Positions 57,827 to 64,000 of a stretch of 64,000 bases of DNA are shown here, one piece after another. The DNA is from a virus (lineage: Duplodnaviria > Heunggongvirae > Uroviricota > Caudoviricetes). The notes below the pieces were generated by a model. The model searched no databases, was not told where the DNA came from, and worked only from the letters and a program-made list of their open reading frames with translations. The DNA is taken from positions 64,001-128,000 of the IMG/VR virus record IMGVR_UViG_3300031999_000001. One strand, 5' to 3'. The translations under genes and the position numbers were made by a program. Each line of letters starts with the position of its first letter. The stretch's first letter is position 1.

Positions 57827-58933
57827 CTAAAGTTTAAACCTTTCCATTTTTCTGGCTTTACGTCTCAGTTCGTTTACTTCTCTTAAAGCATTTGGATTAA
57901 ATGCTTCTCTTTTAACAATACTGACCAAATAATTGAATTCGTTCTCACTAATGATTTGACCTACATAATTATTACCAACTTCTTTAAGCACATAACTTTT
58001 AGGTCCTTTGCTTGATTCTGAAGGATTACCTTCCGTATCAATAGTTGCATCAAAAGTAAGTTCAAGAAGTTCCTGAATTTTTTCCTGAACACCTGCAGTC
58101 ATATTCTGTTTTGTTTTCTTTAATGCTTTTTCAAGTAAATCAACAATATTTTCCTGATGAGTTTTCTTCATCTCATTATATGTTTCAGTAAATTCCTGAT
58201 TTGAAGATTTATTTTTCAATTCGGAAATGATAGCCAAAGAACCATAACAGTCACGAATCATCAAATCCCAAACCTGTTCAGCATAAGTGAATGAAGGAAA
58301 TTTATCTATTGCAACAATTTCACCATCAATCAATACGATAATACCAATTAAATTTTTTGGACGTTCAAAATGTGCAATAAACTGTTCAAGTTTCTTATCA
58401 TATTTCTCGAAATAAACATTAAGATAATTACCTGCATTAGATTGAGTATCCTGACCCAATTTATTAATTGCAGGATAAATCCTACTATATGAATTTGATT
58501 GTCCCATTGTGTCAAACACCATTTCACGCATTGAAATAGGAAGCATTCTGAATTCCTGAGTACCAGAAAAATAACCTGTCTGTCCACCCTGAATACAACC
58601 CGCATCACGGTAAGTTACATTAGCATATTTATCCATATAACCAGCTTTAATCATACTATGATTCTGAGCACTTTGTTTTGTCATAACAGCCATTTGAGTA
58701 GGCACAATAACTTCCTTATTTTCCTTATTAATAAAATCAATTTGACCATAAGATTGGTTACCAGCTTGTAATGCAGTTAATGGATTTCCAAAACGTTCAT
58801 CCAATGAGTATTCTTTCTCAGTTGTAAGACATATAAGTTGCATATTTAATATGCTTTGTACAATAATATTACCATCACCATCTTTAACAGGACGGCAACC
58901 TTTTAACATTTCTGTAAATTCTCTTGTGTTCAT
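57827..58933 (-). CDS. ARPP/DUF6569-like protein
   Basis: YGQIDFINKE.KEVIVP...AQNH...GCIQGGQTG resembles the ARPP-1/DUF6569 pattern as I recall it; only 11 nt from the vWA gene. Confidence 0.4.
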   Translation of the reverse strand: MNTREFTEMLKGCRPVKDGDGNIIVQSILNMQLICLTTEKEYSLDERFGNPLTALQAGNQSYGQIDFINKENKEVIVPTQMAVMTKQSAQNHSMIKAGYMDKYANVTYRDAGCIQGGQTGYFSGTQEFRMLPISMREMVFDTMGQSNSYSRIYPAINKLGQDTQSNAGNYLNVYFEKYDKKLEQFIAHFERPKNLIGIIVLIDGEIVAIDKFPSFTYAEQVWDLMIRDCYGSLAIISELKNKSSNQEFTETYNEMKKTHQENIVDLLEKALKKTKQNMTAGVQEKIQELLELTFDATIDTEGNPSESSKGPKSYVLKEVGNNYVGQIISENEFNYLVSIVKREAFNPNALREVNELRRKARKMERFKL

Positions 58934-58944
58934 AATATAAAATT

Positions 58945-60579
58945 TTAAACGTTAATACTAATTTTTTTTGTTCTCTTAACATTGGCTGCTTCAAGAGCCA
59001 ATACCTGATTTTCAAGCCACCTTTTTGTGTCAATTTCAAGCAATCTTGCGTTAATCTGAGGCATCAATGCAACTGGATTATTAATTGCCATTGTTACAAC
59101 GTTATTACCCAATTTTCTTACATTAGCACCCATTTCAGCACTGATAATTGGTGAAATCTGGAACATTGGAATATTTCTACCTGATTCTGCCTGATAAATT
59201 GAAATAACTTCGTTAGTCAATCCATCATAAGCATTTTCATATCCATCAGTTAAAATAAAAATTGCATCATATTGTCTTGCAGAATTTTCACTTTTTAAGA
59301 GTTCAATAAATGAACTTGCTAAATCAGTAACTTCATCTTTTGTTTTCACCAATGTAGCATTTTCAGCAGAAACCATAAGAACTTTTGCTGTAAAATCTGC
59401 AATTGCTCTTGGTGTATTCTTTGATTCCTGTTTATGACCAGTCATTGAAATACTATCATCAAGAATAATACCAATACTATTATAAAAAAATCCTTGAATC
59501 CTTTTCTTTTCAGCAAGTTTATTAATAGCAACCAATAATTCATTTGTCCAACCATTTTCATAACCAGTTTTGTAAAGTGCAAGAAAATCGGTTGCTTTTT
59601 CAAGTTCAATAATTTTTTCAACACCCAACTTTGCTGTTGATTTTGTCTGACGAACCTGCTGATTCACAGAAGTAACAGTAACATTCTTTCTGATCAAAGC
59701 CTTTGTTCCTTCTTTCTGGATATCAGTTGCCCACATTGAATGAAATTGTGGATGTTTTACTGATGATATTAAACCAAGCAATACTTCTTCTGGAACAATT
59801 TTAATACCAGTTATATCAACTTTTGCCTTCTGATATTCACTCAAAAGTGGAAATTCAATCACATTATAATTAACACCAGCATCTTTCTTAAAAATGAAAA
59901 GTAATAATTTGAATGCTCTCATTGAATCACCGTTAAAGTATTTCAAAATACATTCATTTACAATATTAGTTTCCTTTTCAGTACCAACCAAATTAGCACC
60001 CTCAAGATTTACTTGCTTTTGTGCAATCGAAAGCAATATTGATGTTTTTTTCTGACCATATACATGCTTAAATATTTTGGCAATTTTATTACGATATTTC
60101 ATTGCATAAAATTCAAGATTTGACTGACCCCAGATAAAGCCAAGCATAATTTTCCTTGACCTTTCGTTATTTACTTTTGCATCTTTCAAATCAACAAAAA
60201 GACGAAGAACATATGGTAAACCGTTTTCACCAAGATTATTTAATGCAGTAAGAACTGCTTTATCGCTCAATCCATTATCATACCAGTCAATTGGATTAAC
60301 AATATTGCATGCCCCACCCTTCAAGGTATTCTTAAATTCATTTAAAAGAACCTCTGATACAAATTTACCAGTAACACCCTTTTGACTTGCTATAATCAAT
60401 GGGAGTTCCTTTGAAAGTTTATACAGATTCTTAATTTGAAGCTGAATTGCCTTCATTTGTTCATCTTTCTTGTGGTAATAGGTAGCAGAGCTACGACTAC
60501 CAGATGCTGTTTCAAGTCCATCAATTAATGATTGCTTTACAGTACTGAGCATCCTTTGTGTTAATACCAAATTTTCCAT
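58945..60579 (-). CDS. Helical domain plus C-terminal vWA domain, possibly a divergent TROVE/Ro60-like protein
   Basis: MIDAS GIILDDSISM and FILTDGYEN; ~370-aa helical N-terminal region. The vWA call is strong, the TROVE call tentative. Confidence 0.55.
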   Translation of the reverse strand: MENLVLTQRMLSTVKQSLIDGLETASGSRSSATYYHKKDEQMKAIQLQIKNLYKLSKELPLIIASQKGVTGKFVSEVLLNEFKNTLKGGACNIVNPIDWYDNGLSDKAVLTALNNLGENGLPYVLRLFVDLKDAKVNNERSRKIMLGFIWGQSNLEFYAMKYRNKIAKIFKHVYGQKKTSILLSIAQKQVNLEGANLVGTEKETNIVNECILKYFNGDSMRAFKLLLFIFKKDAGVNYNVIEFPLLSEYQKAKVDITGIKIVPEEVLLGLISSVKHPQFHSMWATDIQKEGTKALIRKNVTVTSVNQQVRQTKSTAKLGVEKIIELEKATDFLALYKTGYENGWTNELLVAINKLAEKKRIQGFFYNSIGIILDDSISMTGHKQESKNTPRAIADFTAKVLMVSAENATLVKTKDEVTDLASSFIELLKSENSARQYDAIFILTDGYENAYDGLTNEVISIYQAESGRNIPMFQISPIISAEMGANVRKLGNNVVTMAINNPVALMPQINARLLEIDTKRWLENQVLALEAANVKRTKKISINV

Positions 60580-60611
60580 AGTTATAAATTTATTTATTAT
60601 TACATAATTTA

Positions 60612-60642
60612 CAAATATAATTATTAATATTTAATTTACAAA
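60612..60642 (-). promoter_or_regulatory. Bacteroidota sigma70-type promoter of the vWA-ARPP operon
   Basis: TTTG (60642..60639) - 19 nt - TATATTTG (60619..60612). Confidence 0.7.
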
Positions 60643-60649
60643 TAAAATT

Positions 60650-61456
60650 TCATATAAGTGATTTTTGCAGATTTTTTACTTTTTCAATAAAATCACGTAA
60701 ATGTGTCATCGATAATTTATTTTGTTCTTCTGTCCGATTACTACCTTTATTATAAAGTAATGTTTCAACAACTGAAGTAACACCTTCCAATATCATCATT
60801 TCTTTGTTTCGCAATTCACTTATTTCTTTTTTCAGCTCAATAATATCAGCAGTTTTTTCAACACAAAACATTTGATTTAACCATTTAAAACCCTTTTCAG
60901 TTACCCCTGTTGGTTTACAAACAAAATAACCATTTTCAATATATTTTGAAAGAGGTTTATTTTTTCTGTTAAATATTTTGTTGCGAACCAATATTTTATA
61001 AAGACCATTTCTACCAATTCTACCACAATAATCATTTAGATTAAGTTTTTTTGCAACTTCTGACATACTAAATGTAATTGCAGATTTTAATTCTCTTAAT
61101 GCTTTATATTGTTTTTCAACCTCAATAAAATACAAACGTATTTGTCTGCCTTTTTCATTATTTTGAACCATCGCAATTTCTTTAGCACAATTCAAAGTTA
61201 ATGCATATTCAATTCTAAAAACCCTTTGAAAGTCGCTACCAGTCAACTTCCCATTTTTGGGAAGAGGTATTTTATTACCCTCAAAATCATAATAAAGTCG
61301 AGCATAATCCACATTTTCAACAAACTCATATTTTTCAATTTTATCAATTAACCACGTTGAAAATTTTTTGCCAATCTCAAGAAATGCATGTAAGTCTCTT
61401 GCATTAACAACAGGATTTCCTTTACCGCTTTCTTGAATTTTAATTAGTTCATTCAT
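60650..61456 (-). CDS. AntA/AntB antirepressor-family protein with KilAC-like C-terminus
   Basis: VNARDLHAFL...FSTW...FVENVDY...AKEIAMVQNNEKGRQIRLYFI; EVAKKL...GRNGLYKIL. Confidence 0.8.
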   Translation of the reverse strand: MNELIKIQESGKGNPVVNARDLHAFLEIGKKFSTWLIDKIEKYEFVENVDYARLYYDFEGNKIPLPKNGKLTGSDFQRVFRIEYALTLNCAKEIAMVQNNEKGRQIRLYFIEVEKQYKALRELKSAITFSMSEVAKKLNLNDYCGRIGRNGLYKILVRNKIFNRKNKPLSKYIENGYFVCKPTGVTEKGFKWLNQMFCVEKTADIIELKKEISELRNKEMMILEGVTSVVETLLYNKGSNRTEEQNKLSMTHLRDFIEKVKNLQKSLI

Positions 61457-62106
61457 AATATTTGATTATTAAAATTATTTTTCACATTTTCAATGTCATT
61501 TTCACTCAAATTAAACCATTCGCCACCCATTCTTTTATGCTCGAATTTATGATGTAATTTTAATTCAACATCCTCATCAATTACAGTAATTAACTCCACA
61601 GTTGGATTTGCTGATTTAATTTCTTTTAATCTTCTATTTACGTTAATGCTTTTTCCAATTTTTATATATTCAGTAATTGCATCACGCAAAAAATATGTTT
61701 TAATCATACGAAGTTTTTTAAAACATGGTGTTAAAAATAAACGATTTAAACAATCACTAAAATAATCATTTCGATATATTTTTTCCACATCAATAAAGTA
61801 CTGGCGTACTTGCCTTCCTCTTTCATTATTCTGTACCATTGCAATTTCTTTTGCCATATTTAAAGTTATTCCATATTCAATTTTGAATGGTTTTTCATTA
61901 AAATAGTCATTTATTTTCTCATTATACAAGTTGAAGAATATGCGAATATAATCCATGTTTTCAATAAAATAATATTTTTTTATTTTATATTTAATCCATG
62001 TTGAAAAATCTTTACCAACTTCAAGAAATTCATGTAAATCTCTTGCATTTACAACTAAATTATTAATAATATTATTATGTTCAATTTTAATTAATTCTTC
62101 TTTCAT
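61453..62106 (-). CDS. AntA/AntB-family protein with T5orf172 (GIY-YIG-like) C-terminus
   Basis: VNARDLHEFL...; TYFL...YIKIGKS..VNRRL...E.KLH.KF...R.GGEWF. Confidence 0.8.
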   Translation of the reverse strand: MKEELIKIEHNNIINNLVVNARDLHEFLEVGKDFSTWIKYKIKKYYFIENMDYIRIFFNLYNEKINDYFNEKPFKIEYGITLNMAKEIAMVQNNERGRQVRQYFIDVEKIYRNDYFSDCLNRLFLTPCFKKLRMIKTYFLRDAITEYIKIGKSINVNRRLKEIKSANPTVELITVIDEDVELKLHHKFEHKRMGGEWFNLSENDIENVKNNFNNQIL

Positions 62107-62110
62107 GGGT

Positions 62111-62118
62111 CAAATATA
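62111..62118 (-). promoter_or_regulatory. Bacteroidota-type -7 element just before the ATG at 62106
   Basis: TATATTTG; no clear -33 element. Confidence 0.4.
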
Positions 62119-62157
62119 TGAAAATATTTTAATAAACAACAATTAACACAAAAAAAA

Positions 62158-62199
62158 TGGGTGGGTTTAATATATTTCTACATCAAATTCCCACCCATT
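62158..62199 (-). terminator. Terminator at the end of the ncRNA array
   Basis: ATGGGTGGG/CCCACCCAT stem followed by a long T-run on the minus strand; a second hairpin TCTTCTC-AATAA-GAGAAGA lies near 62219..62237. Confidence 0.65.
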
Positions 62200-62255
62200 C
62201 CGTTTTGGAATAACCTCTCTTCTCAATAAGAGAAGAAGTTTAGTTGTCTTTTTTT

Positions 62256-62380
62256 GCAAGTTTGTGCCACCACTCACGTGGGTGGCAAATTTCAATTTAC
62301 TGAAAACACAACAAGTTCTTCCATTTATATAAGGGAATATTTTAAAAGTATTTTTTGTTTTTCAAGTTTAACCAACTTGC
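62256..62380 (-). ncRNA. Structured element D of the array
   Basis: Closing stem GCAAGTT/AACTTGC; AAAAACAAAAA; TTCC/GGAA hairpin; GAACTTGTTGTGTTTTCAGTAA motif; TGCCACC/GGTGGCA hairpin. Confidence 0.5.
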
Positions 62381-62413
62381 GCTATAACCAACTTAGCTAT
62401 TTTTCCATTTGGG

Positions 62414-62467
62414 CGGAAAAAGATGGATTTGAACCATCGATTTACTGTAAACACTTTTCGTTTTCCC
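62414..62467 (-). ncRNA. 54-nt tRNA minihelix-like element C
   Basis: GGGAAAA/TTTTTCC acceptor stem, GATGG-TTCAAAT-CCATC T-arm, linker containing GTGTTTACAGTAA; no D or anticodon arm. Confidence 0.55.
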
Positions 62468-62473
62468 TGTTTG

Positions 62474-62610
62474 TGGGGAGAATAGGATTTGAACCTATAA
62501 TCAATTGTTTCAACAACAATTTGCTTTACCTATTACTGAAAACACAATCAGTTCTCTTTCTGTAAAGAGTATTGAGATAGTATTTTTTGTTTTTGATTTG
62601 CTATCTCCCC
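62474..62610 (-). ncRNA. 137-nt tRNA mimic B with expanded D-arm
   Basis: GGGGAGA/TCTCCCC+A acceptor; ATAGG-TTCAAAT-CCTAT T-arm; ATTGT-TGTTGAA-ACAAT anticodon-like arm without U33; large D-arm insert. Confidence 0.7.
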
Positions 62611-62642
62611 ATATTTTATTTTAAAGAACGTTTAAAAAAATT

Positions 62643-62718
62643 AGAAGAAATTTGTTAGTGTTTGTTTTGTAATTTCTGATTTACGGTCAAATTTACTGAA
62701 AACACTATCAGTTCTTCT
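62643..62718 (-). ncRNA. Structured element E of the array
   Basis: AGAAGAA/TTCTTCT closing stem; ACTGA-TAGTGTTT-TCAGT hairpin; begins 5 nt after the tRNA discriminator. Confidence 0.45.
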
Positions 62719-62723
62719 TTTCG

Positions 62724-62796
62724 TAGCGGGAGAGGGATTCGAACCCCCGACCTTGACGTTATGAGCGTCACGAGATACCACTTCTACCATCCCGCA
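62724..62796 (-). tRNA. tRNA with CAU anticodon, initiator-like body, no encoded CCA
   Basis: TGCGGGA/TCCCGCT+A, TGACG-CTCATAA-CGTCA, AGGTC, GGGGG-TTCGAAT-CCCTC; imperfect D-stem. Confidence 0.85.
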
Positions 62797-62804
62797 ATTT
62801 TTTG

Positions 62805-62938
62805 TGGGCGAGACAGGAATCGAACCTGTAATCAATTGTTTCATTAACAACTTGCTGTACCTTTTACTGAAAACACAATCAGTTCTCCAGTAGGAGTAAT
62901 ACGATTATATTTTTGTTTTTATATTCGCATACTCGCCC
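62805..62938 (-). ncRNA. 134-nt tRNA mimic A with expanded D-arm
   Basis: GGGCGAG/CTCGCCC+A acceptor; ACAGG-TTCGATT-CCTGT T-arm; GTTGT-TAATGAA-ACAAT arm; D-arm insert with three hairpins. Confidence 0.7.
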
Positions 62939-62981
62939 ATAAATTTTCAATACCACAAAGAACATTTGTCCGAAGACGATG

Positions 62982-63013
62982 CAAATATACAAAACATTTT
63001 TTGATTATGCAAA
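62982..63013 (-). promoter_or_regulatory. Bacteroidota sigma70-type promoter driving the ncRNA array
   Basis: TTTG (63013..63010) - 20 nt - TATATTTG (62989..62982). Confidence 0.75.
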
Positions 63014-63105
63014 TGTTTTTTAAAAAAAATAAAAAAATCTTAAACAATCGTCTGGGAATATAAATACATTATATTTAAGAAAAATTACAAATTATTATAA
63101 AAATA

Positions 63106-64000
63106 TTAATCTTTTTTGATAACATTCTGTTCATTACCTCTTTTTGTTAAAATTGCAAAAACTCCCTGATACTCATCTGACGGGGCATCGGGGTCAATTG
63201 TAAATTTCTTCTCAATATCATCAGTTTTTATAATATTTTTATTTTTTTCAGGTAATTTTTCTTTAATAATATCAACAATTGGAATATCTGAATTAATAAA
63301 ATTATTTACATTTTTTGAAACAGAATCAACAGTACCTTCAATAATTATTGGTTTTTTGAGTTGAATATCATCTATTTTTACATCTGGTACTTCATTAATA
63401 TCTTTTGTAAATGTTTCACCACTCCAATCAAGAATATCATCATTACTGCCTTTTGATGTTAATGAATAATCCATATAATATAATTTACTGTTTTTTACAC
63501 CCTCATTTACACCATCAATTGCACCCTCATTTACACCCCCAATTACTCCATCAATTTCAATTAATTTATCATCGATTGTTAATTTATTTACAATATCATT
63601 ATCAATTTCAGTTTTAATATCTTCAATATGTTTATTTGTTATTTCAGGATATTTATCAACTAATATTTCAGCATTTTTTTTCAATAATTCATCAATTTCA
63701 GCAGAACTATATTCATTTATTTTTTTTACTACTTCATTATTAATATTTTTTATTGGTTCATTTACTATTTCATCATTAATTTTATTAATAATATTCTTTT
63801 CAATATTTTTATTGATTGCCTTATGTATTTCTATATCGGAAGATTTATCTTTTAATTTATCAGCATTATCTTCTATTTTATCAACATCATATTTTATTAT
63901 ATCTTTAGTTCTTACGGGATATCTATCATCATGAATAATAATATCCATTGTATCATTATTAAATGTACAATCAATAAATGTTTGTCCGTCTTGTGCAAAT
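63106..64000 (-). CDS. C-terminal part of a gene entering from beyond the window, possibly a DnaB/gp41-like helicase with a long acidic tail
   Basis: Frame stays open upstream of the annotated ATG to the edge (FAQDGQTFIDCTFNNDTMDII); the remainder is low-complexity D/E/N/I/K with GVNEG repeats. Confidence 0.35.
   Translation of the reverse strand, partial: FAQDGQTFIDCTFNNDTMDIIIHDDRYPVRTKDIIKYDVDKIEDNADKLKDKSSDIEIHKAINKNIEKNIINKINDEIVNEPIKNINNEVVKKINEYSSAEIDELLKKNAEILVDKYPEITNKHIEDIKTEIDNDIVNKLTIDDKLIEIDGVIGGVNEGAIDGVNEGVKNSKLYYMDYSLTSKGSNDDILDWSGETFTKDINEVPDVKIDDIQLKKPIIIEGTVDSVSKNVNNFINSDIPIVDIIKEKLPEKNKNIIKTDDIEKKFTIDPDAPSDEYQGVFAILTKRGNEQNVIKKD

Noticed and set aside
62254-62850. ORFs 62254..62565 (+) and 62641..62850 (-)
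   Set aside because: They translate across tRNA and tRNA-like structures (GSIPVSP, GGSNPSPA are typical T-arm read-throughs).
62296-62886. Five-copy motif as a CRISPR array
   Set aside because: Copies are short, irregularly spaced (about 90-170 nt) and embedded in individually folded units; spacers are related to each other; no cas genes in the window.
62474-62938. Elements A and B as tmRNA or intron-containing tRNAs
   Set aside because: Too short for tmRNA and no tag ORF; the insert lies in the D-arm and lacks group I/II or bulge-helix-bulge features.
1088-63617. Plus-strand ORFs in the track (e.g. 14968..15501, 25004..25501, 37774..38250)
   Set aside because: All lie antisense to longer minus-strand genes with recognisable motifs, or across the RNA array; no independent motifs.
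1-64000. Stop-codon reassignment as in Lak or some crAss-like phages
   Set aside because: Standard code gives dense, full-length genes (1226, 1971, 2294 aa) with intact motifs and no fragmentation.

Overview
A 64-kb segment of a strongly AT-rich, large myovirus-like (jumbo) phage. Essentially all real genes lie on the minus strand; the plus-strand ORFs look like shadows. TTTG-N19-20-TAnnTTTG promoters point to a Bacteroidota host. In coordinate order: (1) baseplate module (P2 gpI-like, T4 gp6-like, gp25-like) with glycosyltransferase-like genes; (2) a block of small enzymes (ParB-like, HAD phosphatase, 2H phosphodiesterase, isochorismatase-like, WYL, Nudix) around a 1971-aa multidomain protein carrying three kinase-like domains, a CCA-adding/poly(A) polymerase-family domain and a second 2H domain; (3) family B DNA polymerase, QueC-like protein and SNF2 helicase with a class 3 intein; (4) a ~26-kb mosaic, often Cys-rich tail-fibre locus with a GT9-like gene and two endonucleases; (5) ARPP/DUF6569-like and vWA (TROVE-like) genes, two AntA-type genes, and a ~700-nt non-coding array. 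That array holds one tRNA(CAU) plus five structured elements sharing a GUGUUU(U/A)CAGUAA motif. Two of the five are tRNA mimics with a large D-arm insertion and covarying stems, and one is a 54-nt minihelix. This array is the most novel-looking feature. All family assignments come from motif recognition by eye, not database searches.
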